Shown: positions 27,308 through 38,469, counted from the stretch's first letter. The stretch: 64,000 nucleotides of DNA from Pseudomonadota bacterium (GCA_011049115.1 DSCM01000133.1:6849-70848); one strand, 5' to 3'. The notes: generated by a model from the sequence alone, not told the origin. Numbers and translations: made by a program.

Positions 27308-29458
27308 CTAACTGATCCGCACCACCTGATAAACCCCCTTCACGGCCCGCAGCGCCTGCTTGACCTTTTTGAGATGTTCCAGATCCCTGACCTTGACCTC
27401 AAAAAGACAAATGGCCTTCTGATCGATACTGGTTTTCAGAGAACCGCTGGCGATATTGGCCTCCTGACTACTGATCGCGGTTCCCAGAGCCACCAGCATG
27501 CCCTTGAGGTCCTCACACATGATTCGAATCTTGACTGAATGATAAGAAGCGCGCTCCAGATTCCAGTCAACCTCCATGTAGCGCTCCGAATCACCCTGAT
27601 GCACATGCCGGCAATTGCGCCGATGAATGGTCAGGCCTCGCCCTCGCGTAATAAAACCAACCACGTCATCACCCGGCAGAGGATTGCAGCATTTGGCAAA
27701 ACGCACCATCACATCATCGATATCCTTGATGGAGATTCCATCGCGAACGTTTTTCTTGGCGTTCTCCGTCTCTACTTTTTTGCTTTTAGGCTCAGGCTTG
27801 TCGCGCAAATCCGGAAAGATCCGATTCGCCACCTGTTTTGCCGAAATCTTACCGCGCCCCACCGCCGCCAGCAGTCCCTCGGCATGCCCCAGAGAGAACT
27901 CCGTGGCCACAGCCTGCATTCTGCCGCTCTTTAAAGCCTGATTCAAGGACAACTTGTCGCGGGAGAAGGCTTTTTCACAAAGTTCTCGACCCAGTTCTAT
28001 ACTGCGCCTCTCCTCCTCCTTTTTAACCCATTGTTTAATCTTGGCCCGCGCCTTGCCGGTTTTGGCAAAAGCCAGCCAATCCTTACTGGGATGCTGGCGC
28101 TTGGAGGTGACAATCTCGACCATCTCGCCATTTTTCAGCTGATAGCGCAAAGGGACAAGCTTGCCGTTAACCTTGGCGCCGCTGCATTGATCGCCAAGAT
28201 TACTGTGGATACTATAGGCCAGATCAATCGGAGTTGAACCGCTCGGCAGCTCCTTGACCTCCCCGGCGGGAGTGAACACATAAACAGCCTCGGAAAAAAG
28301 ATCAATCTTAACCGAATCAAGAAACTCTCCGGGATTATTAACATCCTGCTGCCACTCAATCATCTGTCGCAGCCAATCCATCTGTTTACGATCCTGATCC
28401 TCAAGCTGGTAGCCTTCTTTATAATGCCAGTGCGCGGCGATTCCCATTTCCGCGATCTGATGCATTTCATGCGTCCGAATCTGAAATTCGACATGGCGTC
28501 CTTCGGGACCGATTACCGTAGTATGAAGAGACTGGTACATATTGGCCTTGGGCATACTGATAAAATCTTTAAAGCGGCTCGGCACCGGCCGCCAGAGAGA
28601 ATGAATAATGCCCAGAACATTATAACATTCCGCCTTATCGTCAACCAGGACCCGAAAAGCAATGGTATCGTAAATCTGCTCAAAAGCAATATTACGCTGC
28701 ACCATTTTTCGATAAATACCGAACAGGTGTTTAAGCCGACCCGAAACCTGGTTCTGAACCCCATGATAATCCAGGTTACGCTGCAGCAACTTAATCACCC
28801 GATCGATAAAATCCCTGCTTTCCAGCTCCTTACGGGCGACCTTTTCCTCGAGTTCGCGATAGATTTCCGGCTGCAGATAACGCAGCGAGAGATCTTCAAG
28901 CTCCAGCTTCATCCAGGAAATTCCCAGGCGATTGGCCAGCGGCGCATAGATATCGAGAGTTTCCTGAGCGATAACCTCCTGTCGGGCCGGTTTCTGAAAT
29001 TCGAGGGTCCGCATATTATGAATACGGTCAACCAGCTTAATAATCAGCACCCGGATATCCTTGACCATGGCAAGGATCATCTTCCGATAGTTCTCGGCCT
29101 GGTGCTCACGGGAACTTTTAAATTTAATCTTGCTGATCTTGGTCAGGCCTTCAATCAGCGAGGTAATCTCGTCGCCGAAACGCAGGCTGAGTTCTTCAAC
29201 CGAGGTCAAGGGATCATCTTCGAGGGTGTCATGAAGCAGGCCGGCTGCGATACTGGCCACATCCATTTTCATATCGGCCAGTATGCTGGCGACCTCTATG
29301 GGATGAATCATATAGGGTTCACCGGAGAGGCGAAGCTGATTACGGTGGGCGTAGGCGCTGTATGCGTAAGCTTTGCGAATGGTATCGAAATCTGCCGCCG
29401 GATAATAGTCGGCTACCTTCTCAATAATATCATTCGCTCTGATCATACTGTCCGGCAA
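27308..29458 (-). CDS. relA: Bifunctional (p)ppGpp synthetase/hydrolase RelA/SpoT
   Basis: 716 aa; HD hydrolase domain (HPIEVASILA...HDTLED), synthetase domain (RLKHLFGIYRKM), TGS and ACT regions. Confidence 0.9.
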   Translation of the reverse strand: MPDSMIRANDIIEKVADYYPAADFDTIRKAYAYSAYAHRNQLRLSGEPYMIHPIEVASILADMKMDVASIAAGLLHDTLEDDPLTSVEELSLRFGDEITSLIEGLTKISKIKFKSSREHQAENYRKMILAMVKDIRVLIIKLVDRIHNMRTLEFQKPARQEVIAQETLDIYAPLANRLGISWMKLELEDLSLRYLQPEIYRELEEKVARKELESRDFIDRVIKLLQRNLDYHGVQNQVSGRLKHLFGIYRKMVQRNIAFEQIYDTIAFRVLVDDKAECYNVLGIIHSLWRPVPSRFKDFISMPKANMYQSLHTTVIGPEGRHVEFQIRTHEMHQIAEMGIAAHWHYKEGYQLEDQDRKQMDWLRQMIEWQQDVNNPGEFLDSVKIDLFSEAVYVFTPAGEVKELPSGSTPIDLAYSIHSNLGDQCSGAKVNGKLVPLRYQLKNGEMVEIVTSKRQHPSKDWLAFAKTGKARAKIKQWVKKEEERRSIELGRELCEKAFSRDKLSLNQALKSGRMQAVATEFSLGHAEGLLAAVGRGKISAKQVANRIFPDLRDKPEPKSKKVETENAKKNVRDGISIKDIDDVMVRFAKCCNPLPGDDVVGFITRGRGLTIHRRNCRHVHQGDSERYMEVDWNLERASYHSVKIRIMCEDLKGMLVALGTAISSQEANIASGSLKTSIDQKAICLFEVKVRDLEHLKKVKQALRAVKGVYQVVRIS

Positions 29459-29482
29459 AAAGATTATTGATTATTACTACAG

Positions 29483-30511
29483 TTACGGGGAGGAAACCAG
29501 TCGGGCATCATTAAAGCCGGCAGCCCTGATCCGATCAAGAACCTTCGGCAAATCGTCTTGAGACCGAAGAGGGTCAAGCGCCAGGACGGTCTGCGGCAAC
29601 ATCAAATTTTCCTTGCGGACCTGGGGATTTAATCCGGCGTCATGATACATATTTTCCCAAGCCACCACACTGCTCTGCAGATAAAATGAACCGACGACCA
29701 CCAGATAGGTCCCTTTTTCCATTTCAAGAAAAGGGTTGTCTCCAAGCTTGCGGGCCGCCGCCATCATCCGGAGCGCCTGCTGCCGCTCGCCAAACGGGCC
29801 CAGATAAATTCTCGTCATCGGGGTCTGACATTTCCGCCTGAAGCTTCTCACTGTAAAACCGAGTTTTTCAAGCTCAGATCGGGCTTTATCCGCAGATTCT
29901 GGCAAAACATAACTGCCGGCTTCAATGACCTGGAGCGGCCGCTCCGGAACGCCATCGCCTGCCGGCAAAGAGACCGACGAAGGCGTGGTGGAGGCGGCCG
30001 GCGGCGCCGGTGGAGTCTTTGTCCCGGCCGCAACCTCGACCTTCGGCAACACCGGGCAACCGGCTTCGACAGGATCCTGATCCACGACAATTGGAACCGC
30101 GGAGTCAACCGTCATGACGCTTGCCAGCCCAGACCTGGCTTCCGAAACCGCCCCAACCCCGGTTTCCGTTTTTGGCGCCGCCGGCTCCAGCGCCGAGCTA
30201 GCTGGAAGGACAGGCGACTCGACTTCCGTTTGAGCCTTCAAATCAACCCGGGAATCGACCGGCACCGCAACCGACCCGTCAGGCCCAGGCATGGGCGAAG
30301 GCTTCACACCCTGATTTATTGTCGGCAGCGCGGCCAAGGCCATCTGCGGACTGCGAATCGGCTTTTTCGGCATTCGCACCGGAGAAAACGAAAGAAAATA
30401 ATAAAGGCCGATCAAGACAAAAAGAACCACCACGATTTCAAAACGCAGAAGATTCTCCAGCCAGTGGTCCAAACCTCTTGCGGCCTGTTGCTTTTTTTTA
30501 CTTTTTACCAT
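29483..30511 (-). CDS. Membrane-anchored SPOR-domain (peptidoglycan-binding) protein with Pro/Ala-rich linker
   Basis: 342 aa; N-terminal TM helix, low-complexity P/A/T-rich middle, two C-terminal SPOR-like repeats. Confidence 0.5.
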   Translation of the reverse strand: MVKSKKKQQAARGLDHWLENLLRFEIVVVLFVLIGLYYFLSFSPVRMPKKPIRSPQMALAALPTINQGVKPSPMPGPDGSVAVPVDSRVDLKAQTEVESPVLPASSALEPAAPKTETGVGAVSEARSGLASVMTVDSAVPIVVDQDPVEAGCPVLPKVEVAAGTKTPPAPPAASTTPSSVSLPAGDGVPERPLQVIEAGSYVLPESADKARSELEKLGFTVRSFRRKCQTPMTRIYLGPFGERQQALRMMAAARKLGDNPFLEMEKGTYLVVVGSFYLQSSVVAWENMYHDAGLNPQVRKENLMLPQTVLALDPLRSQDDLPKVLDRIRAAGFNDARLVSSP

Positions 30512-30523
30512 CTCGATTCACGA

Positions 30524-32611
30524 TCAGTGCTCTTCCTTAAGATGTTTGGCTTCCTCGACAATCTTAGCCGTCAGATGACTAGGCAGTTCTTCATAATGAG
30601 AGAATTCCATGGTGAACATCCCCCGCCCGCCGGTCATGGAACGCAGATCCGGGGCATATTTCAAAACCTCCGACATCGGCACCTGGGCTTTGATCAGCTG
30701 GCTGTTGGCCATGGGTTCCACCCCATTGACCTTACCCCGGCGGCTGTTCAGATCACCGATGATATCCCCCATGTATTCATTGGGAACATTGATCTCCATC
30801 AGCATGATAGGCTCCAGTAGAACCGGTTTGGCCTCGGCCACCCCTTTTTTAAAGGCCATAGACCCGGCGATCTTAAAGGCCATCTCCGAGGAATCAACCG
30901 TATGGTAGGATCCGTCATAAAGAGAAACCTTGACGTCAACCACCGGATAACCGGCCAGCACCCCTCCGGCCATAGCCTCCTGCACCCCTTTTTCAACCGC
31001 CGGAATATACTGCCGCGGGACCACGCCCCCGACGATATCGTTGGAAAACTCAAATCCTCCCCCTTTGGGCAAGGGTTCAATCTTAAGCCAGACATCGCCG
31101 AACTGTCCCCGACCACCGGACTGTTTTTTATGGCGACCCTGCAGCGAAACCGTGCCGCGAATGGTTTCCTTATAGGGAACCCTGGGAGCATCCAGTTCCA
31201 CGTCAACCCCGAATTTACGCTTGATGCGGTCAACCGTCACCTCAATGTGAACCTGACCCATTCCGGAGATTACGAGCTCTTTCGTCTGGTCGTTACGTTC
31301 GAGATGAATCGTGGGGTCCTCAGCCATCAGCCGTTGCAGGGCGCTGCCCAGTTTTCCTTCATCGCCCTTACTTTTCGGCCGTAGGGAAAAAGAAATCACT
31401 GGGGCCGGGAGGGCCAGTCCTTTCAGGCGCAGCGGGAATTTTTCGCTGCACAAGGTATCCCAGGTTGAAGTTTCCTTCAATTTGGCCACCGCGACGATAT
31501 CACCGGGAATACATTTTTCGATCGGAACCTGTTTATTGCCCTCAAGTTTAAGCAGCTGTCCAATACGTTCCCGACGATCATGCGTACTGTTGAGACAGCT
31601 CGAATCGGACGCCAGGGTTCCACTGTAAACCCTGAAAACAGACAACTGCCCGGTAAAGGGATCGACGATGGTTTTAAAAACCAGGGCGACGAAAGGAGCC
31701 TCAGGACTCGGCACCAGATCCTCGGCGGATCCGCTGACCAGATTCTCCGCGATCTGGGTCGGCCGTTCCAGAGGAGAAGGCAGACAGCTGCAAATCAAAT
31801 CCAGCAGCGGCTGGACACCGATATTCTTCATCGCCGAGCCACAGACCACCGGAACGAATTTACCCGTCATGGCACCTTCGTGAGTTGCTCGACGGATATC
31901 TTCTTCTTTTATTTCTTCCCCTCCGAGATATTTTTCCATAAGCTCATCATCGGCTTCAACGGCCCGTTCTATCATCTCTTCACGCGCCGCTTCGGCCGAT
32001 TGCCGAAGATGCTCAGGGATTTCCTCAACCGTATATTTACCGCTTTGATCGTTACTGTAACGCAAAGCCTTCATGGTAACCAGATCAACCACGCCGACAA
32101 ATTCTTCTTCCTTGCCGAGAGGCAGCTGCAGAACCAAAGGGTGGCATTTGAAAACCGCTTCCATTTCGCCCACGGCCCGAGCAAAATCGGCCCGCTCACG
32201 ATCCAGCTTATTGATAAAAACCACGCGTGGAACCTCAAATTCGTCCGCGTATTTCCACACCGCCTCAGTCTGCACCTTGACTCCGGAAATCGCGCTGACA
32301 ATCACCACCGCCCCGCCTGAGATTCTCAGGCAAGCCTTGGTATCGACGATAAAATTGGCATAACCGGGCGTATCGATAACATTGACATGGCAACGCTGCC
32401 AATCCAGATGATGAACGGCGCTGCTCAGGGTTATTTTCCGTTTTATTTCCTCCGGTTCGGAATCAAGCACCGACGTACCATTATCAACACTCCCCAGACG
32501 AGCCGTGCTGCCACTGTTAAACAGCATGGCCTCAGCCAAAGAGGTCTTACCGGCACCACCATGAGCGATAATTGCGACATTCCTCAAATTTTCACTTGTA
32601 TATGGCTTCAT
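30524..32611 (-). CDS. Elongation factor G paralog (EF-G2-like translational GTPase)
   Basis: G1 motif AHGGAGKTS, DTPGYANF, NKLD; domains II–V colinear with EF-G; start trimmed to MKPYTS (ORF-track start adds 25 aa). Confidence 0.85.
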   Translation of the reverse strand: MKPYTSENLRNVAIIAHGGAGKTSLAEAMLFNSGSTARLGSVDNGTSVLDSEPEEIKRKITLSSAVHHLDWQRCHVNVIDTPGYANFIVDTKACLRISGGAVVIVSAISGVKVQTEAVWKYADEFEVPRVVFINKLDRERADFARAVGEMEAVFKCHPLVLQLPLGKEEEFVGVVDLVTMKALRYSNDQSGKYTVEEIPEHLRQSAEAAREEMIERAVEADDELMEKYLGGEEIKEEDIRRATHEGAMTGKFVPVVCGSAMKNIGVQPLLDLICSCLPSPLERPTQIAENLVSGSAEDLVPSPEAPFVALVFKTIVDPFTGQLSVFRVYSGTLASDSSCLNSTHDRRERIGQLLKLEGNKQVPIEKCIPGDIVAVAKLKETSTWDTLCSEKFPLRLKGLALPAPVISFSLRPKSKGDEGKLGSALQRLMAEDPTIHLERNDQTKELVISGMGQVHIEVTVDRIKRKFGVDVELDAPRVPYKETIRGTVSLQGRHKKQSGGRGQFGDVWLKIEPLPKGGGFEFSNDIVGGVVPRQYIPAVEKGVQEAMAGGVLAGYPVVDVKVSLYDGSYHTVDSSEMAFKIAGSMAFKKGVAEAKPVLLEPIMLMEINVPNEYMGDIIGDLNSRRGKVNGVEPMANSQLIKAQVPMSEVLKYAPDLRSMTGGRGMFTMEFSHYEELPSHLTAKIVEEAKHLKEEH

Positions 32612-33080
32612 TGCTCTATTCCTTGCCTGCAATCTAATTGAAGTTAACAGATAAAAAGAGCTTGCCCCATGTTCCCGAGAGTCCAAGACCTCGAAAGCAA
32701 AGGCCTGAAAGATGCAAATCCCTACTGTAAATCACCACTCATTGTCAAGCCTTTAGTAAATCTCCGTACTCCCAAGTCGACAAATCACCCAAAGCCCTGT
32801 AAAAGTCTTCAAGGGATGATCGCTTACGAATGCGGGTTCGGGCCCCGCATTCCGCAACCGGCGAGATTGTTTTTCAAACCGATAACAATTTGCTAAAGGT
32901 TCTAAGGCTCAGCGTGAAAAACAAAAAAGATCCGTTTTGCAGCCAATCCGCTTGTAATCAGGCCTGAAATATTGTAATGAACCTCTACGAAGGTAAAAGA
33001 ATTTTCCGAAGCCTCCTGACAAGCTCAAACAGCTATTTATTTCCCACAATTTTCACGAAGGCAAGTTTGGAGAACCAACC

Positions 33081-33377
33081 ATGAAAGTCAACCAGCAAGA
33101 TGACCAGGTCACAATCTTACTGTCCGGCGACTTGACCAGTGAAACCCTGAATGATCTCAGGGCAATCCTGCGCGAGAAGATAGACGCCGGCAATCGCTCC
33201 TTTAACATTGACTTTAAAAACACGCTGATCATCGATTCGATGGGGATCGGCTGTCTGGTGGCCACCTATAATACCCTCAAAATAAATGGCGGCTCATTGC
33301 AGTTAAGCAATGTCAGCGAAAATCTTAGAGAGATTTTCCAGATCATGCGTCTCGACCGTATTTTGACCATTGTCTGA
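33081..33377 (+). CDS. STAS-domain anti-sigma-factor antagonist-like protein
   Basis: 98 aa; SpoIIAA-like pattern; conserved phospho-Ser context DSMGIGCLV. Confidence 0.75.
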   Translation: MKVNQQDDQVTILLSGDLTSETLNDLRAILREKIDAGNRSFNIDFKNTLIIDSMGIGCLVATYNTLKINGGSLQLSNVSENLREIFQIMRLDRILTIV

Positions 33378-33412
33378 GACCGGCCAGAAGCCCGGAGCCC
33401 CATTAACCGACG

Positions 33413-36400
33413 TTGAGGAACCCCATGTCAATTTCAAATTTTATCGACGATGAAACCTTACAGGAATATATCAGCGAAAGCCTTGAACATCTTGCCGATA
33501 TCGAACAAGATCTTCTGACCCTTGAAGAAGGCGGTGCCGATATCGATGAAGAGGTTGTCAACCGGGTTTTCCGGGCGGCTCATTCCCTGAAAGGCGGCGC
33601 TGGTTTCCTGGCTCTGGAGACCATCAAGGAACTGGCGCATAAGATTGAGAACGTTCTCGACATGATGCGTAACCGGGAGATCGTCCCAAATCCGGAAACC
33701 ATCAACATCCTGCTGAATGCATTTGATAAACTGCGTGATCTGATTAACAATTCGACCACCAGCAACGAGGAAAACGTCGATGCATTCATCGCGGCTCTGA
33801 TCAACCTGACGACGGAGCATCTGGCTCCGGGTCAACAACAAAGCCTCTCCAACCTGATCCCGATCCGCAAGAGCGACGGCACGCTGATCTTTGAAGTTCC
33901 CGAAATCGACCTGGCTCAGGCGAAAAAAAATGCCCAGACCCTTTATCTGCTGGAATACGACCTGATTCACGATGTTTACCAGCATGGCAAAACCCCGATG
34001 GAAATCATCAAAAACGCCATGAACCTGGGCACCATCATCGAAAGCCTGATCGACATCGAACAGGTCGGAACCCTTGACGACGCTCCCATCAATAGCATTC
34101 CTTTTTACATGCTCATCAGTACAATCATCGAACCGGTGGTCGCGCCGGACTTCCTCGAGCTGCCTGAAAACAAGGTTCTTCTGATCGGCAATGACGGCAT
34201 GGAAATTAAACCCAGCCTCAAGATACCGACAGAGAAACCAGGCCCACCAAGCGCAGCCCAAGCCAGCCCTCTGACGTCGACGGCAACGCCAAAACTTCCC
34301 ACAGCGCCTCCGGCGCCATCCCGCGGCACGCTGACCGAACCCCCTGCGCCGGCAAATGCGGTCCGGCGCAGCGAACCTGATGCGATCTCAAAAGTGCCCC
34401 CTGCGTCCGAAAATTCTCGGGAAAACGCCGCTCAGACTAAGAATGAAACCACTTCAAGTCTGCGGGTCAATGTGGCCCTTCTCGAAAGCCTTATGACCCT
34501 GGCCGGCGAAATGGTGCTCTCCCGCAACCAGTTACTTCAGGCCATCAATCAGCAGGATCAGCACGGAATCAAACTTTCCGGGCAGCGCATCAATCTGGTC
34601 ACTTCCGAACTGCAGGAAGCCATCATGATGACCCGCATGCAGCCGATCGGCAGTATTCTCAACAAATTCCCACGCGTGGTCCGTGATATCGCCCAGAAAC
34701 TCGGCAAAGAGATCAACCTGTTAATCACCGGCAAAGAGGTTGAACTCGACAAAACCATTGTCGAAGGGCTTAATGATCCCTTAACCCACCTGATCAGGAA
34801 CTCAGCTGACCATGGCATTGAAAAACCGGAAGTCCGAGCCGCCCTCGGCAAACCCAGAGCCGGCAGGATTGAACTGAAAGCCTATCATGAGGCCGGCCAG
34901 GTCAATCTTGAAATTACCGATGACGGCAGCGGGCTCGATGCGGAAAAGATTGCCAACAAGGCCCTCGAAAAAGGAATGATTACGCCCGAGCAGCATAAAT
35001 CGATGTCCCGCAAAGAGAAGATGTCTCTGATTCTGCTTCCAAGCCTTTCCACCGCCGAGAAAATAACCGATGTTTCCGGACGCGGGGTCGGCATGGATGT
35101 CGTTAAATCAAACATCAGTCAACTGGGCGGACAGATTGAGATTGACTCGGAACCAGGCCGGAGCACAACCATCCGGATTAAGCTGCCGTTGACGCTGGCT
35201 ATTATCCCGAGCCTGTTGGTTACCGTTGGCCATGAACGCTTTGCCGTACCTCAGGTCAATGTCAGCGAGTTAGTCCGCATCGGAGCCGCCCAGGTGAAGG
35301 AGAGAATCGAAAGAGTCGGCGATTCAGAGGTCATGCCTTTGCGCGGGGAACTGATTCCGTTGATCCGTCTGGCCGCTGTGCTCGGTATCGAATCCCGAAT
35401 ACTTAACCCGGTCACGGCAGAAGAAATCACCGATCGCAGAAAACTTATCGCCGACCGGCGTTCGAAGGCCAGCTCCCTGGAGGGGGAAACCATACATCCC
35501 GGACCCAAAGACCAACCTCATATGCGCTCCGGTCAGGACCGTCGCTACAGGGCCGGAAGCGATCTCAACATTGTCGTGGTCTCCGCCGGTTCCTTTAAAT
35601 ACGGTCTGGTGGTTGATGAGCTGCACGACTCTATCGAAATCGTCGTCAAACCTCTCGACCGCCACCTCAAGCACCTGACCAGCTACGCCGGCGCCACCAT
35701 CATGGGAGACGGCCGCGTGGCTTTGATTCTTGATGTCGCCGGTATCGCCAGAATGGCGGAGCTGACTTCCATGGCCGGCAGCCAGCGGGCTCAGGAATTG
35801 GCCGAAAACGCCCAGGGCAGCCACGACAAGGATCGCCAGGCCTTACTGCTCTTTGGCAACGGGCCCGAAGAACCCTGCGCGGTTCCGCTCGACATCGTGG
35901 AAAGGGTTGAACAAATCGACTTCAAAGACATCGAAATCAAGAGCGGCCAGAAGGTCATCAAGTATCGCGGGGGCAGTCTCCCGCTCTTCACCTTAAATGA
36001 TGTCGCAAAAGTCAAGCAGCTTGATGCCGAAATGGATCTGGTGGTAATTGTCTTTACCGTCGCCGAACGTGAAATCGGCCTGCTGGCGTCGCAACCGGTG
36101 GATACGGTTGAAATCCGGGCGGCCATCGACCACGATACCCTGCGGGCCACGGGAATCATGGGCTCGGCCATCATCAAGGAGCAGGCCACGCTGATCATCG
36201 ATATTTACGAGCTGGTCGAAACCCTGAAGCCGGACTGGTTCAAACGGCTGCTGAAAAAAGAAAAACGCCATCAGGAAGTTCGGCGACAGGCTGAATCCGG
36301 GCACCAATCAAAATCCGCCCCCGCTATAAAACGAATTTTACTGGTTGAAGATTCTGATTTCTTTCGTTCACAGTTACAGAAATATATCGAGGATGAAGAG

Positions 36401-36691
36401 CGCCAGTGCGTCACGGCCGCCGATGGTTTGATCGCCTGGAACTGGCTTCAGGCAAATCCGGAAGAGGTCTCACTGATCATCACCGACATAGAAATGCCCA
36501 ATATGGATGGATTTGAGCTCTGTCGACGCATCCGCGATGATAGTCGTTTTGACCACCTCAAGATTATCGCGGTCACCTCCCTGGCGGCGGACGAACATCA
36601 GGCCAGAGGCAAAGAGGTCGGCATAGATGACTACCAGATCAAGCTGGACAAGGAAAAACTACTGGCCAGCATTGACGAAAACATCCTCTAA
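33413..36691 (+). CDS. cheA: CheA-type hybrid histidine kinase (Hpt–dimerisation–HATPase–2x CheW-like–REC)
   Basis: Hpt HSLKGGAGFLAL; HATPase LIRNSADHGIE...DDGSGLD; two CheW-like segments; C-terminal receiver KRILLVEDSDFFRS...TDIEMPNMDGFEL. Confidence 0.85.
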   Translation: MRNPMSISNFIDDETLQEYISESLEHLADIEQDLLTLEEGGADIDEEVVNRVFRAAHSLKGGAGFLALETIKELAHKIENVLDMMRNREIVPNPETINILLNAFDKLRDLINNSTTSNEENVDAFIAALINLTTEHLAPGQQQSLSNLIPIRKSDGTLIFEVPEIDLAQAKKNAQTLYLLEYDLIHDVYQHGKTPMEIIKNAMNLGTIIESLIDIEQVGTLDDAPINSIPFYMLISTIIEPVVAPDFLELPENKVLLIGNDGMEIKPSLKIPTEKPGPPSAAQASPLTSTATPKLPTAPPAPSRGTLTEPPAPANAVRRSEPDAISKVPPASENSRENAAQTKNETTSSLRVNVALLESLMTLAGEMVLSRNQLLQAINQQDQHGIKLSGQRINLVTSELQEAIMMTRMQPIGSILNKFPRVVRDIAQKLGKEINLLITGKEVELDKTIVEGLNDPLTHLIRNSADHGIEKPEVRAALGKPRAGRIELKAYHEAGQVNLEITDDGSGLDAEKIANKALEKGMITPEQHKSMSRKEKMSLILLPSLSTAEKITDVSGRGVGMDVVKSNISQLGGQIEIDSEPGRSTTIRIKLPLTLAIIPSLLVTVGHERFAVPQVNVSELVRIGAAQVKERIERVGDSEVMPLRGELIPLIRLAAVLGIESRILNPVTAEEITDRRKLIADRRSKASSLEGETIHPGPKDQPHMRSGQDRRYRAGSDLNIVVVSAGSFKYGLVVDELHDSIEIVVKPLDRHLKHLTSYAGATIMGDGRVALILDVAGIARMAELTSMAGSQRAQELAENAQGSHDKDRQALLLFGNGPEEPCAVPLDIVERVEQIDFKDIEIKSGQKVIKYRGGSLPLFTLNDVAKVKQLDAEMDLVVIVFTVAEREIGLLASQPVDTVEIRAAIDHDTLRATGIMGSAIIKEQATLIIDIYELVETLKPDWFKRLLKKEKRHQEVRRQAESGHQSKSAPAIKRILLVEDSDFFRSQLQKYIEDEERQCVTAADGLIAWNWLQANPEEVSLIITDIEMPNMDGFELCRRIRDDSRFDHLKIIAVTSLAADEHQARGKEVGIDDYQIKLDKEKLLASIDENIL

Positions 36692-36771
36692 AACAAAGCC
36701 GAGTCCCGCAAACCCAGAGGCGCGACCTTTTGCGACCTGCATCCCTAGACTGAATCCGGAGAACCCTGAAA

Positions 36772-37218
36772 ATGGCTGATACAACCCTGCAATTATGTTC
36801 CTTTCAACTAGCCGATGCGCTTTTTGGGCTCGATACTATGCTGGTCCAGGAAATCATTAAGGTTCCGGAGATCACCCGGGTTTACAAAGCGCCCGAAGAG
36901 ATTACCGGAATTATCAACCTGCGCGGTAAAATCGTCACCATCGTCGATCTCGCCATCAAGCTCAATCTGCCTACGAAAATGGAAACCGCCGGCCGCCGCA
37001 TTATTATCGTCGAATTCCAGAATGAACCCTTCGGCCTGATGGTTGATCGAATCAATGACGTCATCCATATCGACAGAGAAGCCTTGGGGCCGGCACCGGC
37101 CAACGTCCGCAGCCATCAGGGAAGATTTATCACCGGGGTCTTTCGCGACGATGAACAGCTGATCGCGATTCTCGACCTCGAAGGAATCGTCAACCAGGCC
37201 GAAAAGAAACTTGACTAG
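36772..37218 (+). CDS. cheW: Chemotaxis coupling protein CheW
   Basis: 148 aa single CheW domain. Confidence 0.85.
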   Translation: MADTTLQLCSFQLADALFGLDTMLVQEIIKVPEITRVYKAPEEITGIINLRGKIVTIVDLAIKLNLPTKMETAGRRIIIVEFQNEPFGLMVDRINDVIHIDREALGPAPANVRSHQGRFITGVFRDDEQLIAILDLEGIVNQAEKKLD

Positions 37219-37249
37219 CACCCACTGAAAAACCAGGTATGGAGACAAA

Positions 37250-38368
37250 ATGCCCATCAAGGTTCTCATCGTCGATGACACCATTCTTTACCGCAAGGTT
37301 ATTGGAGACATCCTTAAGAACGAAGCAGATATTGAAGTGATTGGTACGGCCAACAACGGCAAAACCGCAATTTCCCGAATCGAAAGTCTAAAGCCTGACC
37401 TGCTGACCCTCGACATTGAGATGCCGGTCTGCAACGGGCTTGAAGTTCTAGAATATCTGCGTGAACATCGCCTTTCCACCGGCGTCATCATGCTCAGCAG
37501 CCTGACTCGCAAAGGCGGGGAGCTGACCATGAAATCCCTGGAGCTCGGAGCTTTTGACTTCATTCCCAAACCTGAAGGCAGCAGTCTGGCCGAAAACCAG
37601 GCTTTCATCAAGGAAAACCTGCCTCCCAAAATCAAGGCCTACGCCCGCCGCCAGGCTTTCAGAAAAAGCCTGAACCGAACGCCGCAACCGGATCGGGGAA
37701 AAGATGAAACTCCGACAACCATGCCCGAAACCAGCCGGCAGCCATGGCCGCAAAAGACCGCTCCCCTCCCCCCACGGCGCCTTTTGCCATCAAGCATTAT
37801 CGCGATCGGCATCTCTACCGGAGGCCCTAACGCTTTAACCCGAATGCTGCCGATGCTGACCGCCCCGATCGGGGCTCCGATCGTCATCGTGCAACACATG
37901 CCGCCCCTTTTCACGAAGTCTCTGGCTGCCAGCCTTGACCACAAATGCTCGCTTCAGGTCAAGGAAGGTGAAGATGGAGAAACCCTGAAAAATGATGTCG
38001 TCTACATAGCCCCGGGCGGCAAGCAGATGAAAATCGTAGCCGATGCCAGCGGCCCCCACGGAAAAATCCGGCTCACCGACGATGCGCCGGAAAACAACTG
38101 CAAGCCTTCGGCCGACTACCTCTTTCGTTCCGTCGCCAGCCTTTATCGGGAACGGGTCACCGGCGTAATCATGACCGGCATGGGCAGTGACGGCTGTAAC
38201 GGGTTACGTCTGATCAAACGACATGGAGCCCCGGTAATCGCTCAGGACGAGGAAAGCTGCGTGGTTTATGGAATGCCGAGGGAAGCGGTCAACGCCGGGA
38301 TTGTCGACATTTCTCTGCCGCTTGACCTCATCGCCGCCGAAATCATGAAAACCCTCAGCAAACCTTGA
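37250..38368 (+). CDS. cheB: Protein-glutamate methylesterase CheB (REC + methylesterase) with extended Pro-rich linker
   Basis: N-terminal REC (VLIVDDTILYRK...LDIEMPVCNGLE), C-terminal CheB_methylest (GISTGGPNAL, HMPP, GMGSDG). Confidence 0.85.
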   Translation: MPIKVLIVDDTILYRKVIGDILKNEADIEVIGTANNGKTAISRIESLKPDLLTLDIEMPVCNGLEVLEYLREHRLSTGVIMLSSLTRKGGELTMKSLELGAFDFIPKPEGSSLAENQAFIKENLPPKIKAYARRQAFRKSLNRTPQPDRGKDETPTTMPETSRQPWPQKTAPLPPRRLLPSSIIAIGISTGGPNALTRMLPMLTAPIGAPIVIVQHMPPLFTKSLAASLDHKCSLQVKEGEDGETLKNDVVYIAPGGKQMKIVADASGPHGKIRLTDDAPENNCKPSADYLFRSVASLYRERVTGVIMTGMGSDGCNGLRLIKRHGAPVIAQDEESCVVYGMPREAVNAGIVDISLPLDLIAAEIMKTLSKP

Positions 38369-38469
38369 TGCCCCCAGATAAATTAATAAAGCAGGAAAAA
38401 CATCATCAATTTCAGACGGCTTACAGTCCCAGATAGTCATTACAAAAAACCGGGAAAACCATAACCGAC

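Noticed and set aside
33458-34261. 267-aa minus-strand ORF inside cheA
   Set aside because: Antisense to the CheA Hpt/linker region, which has clear domain motifs on the plus strand; no motif support.
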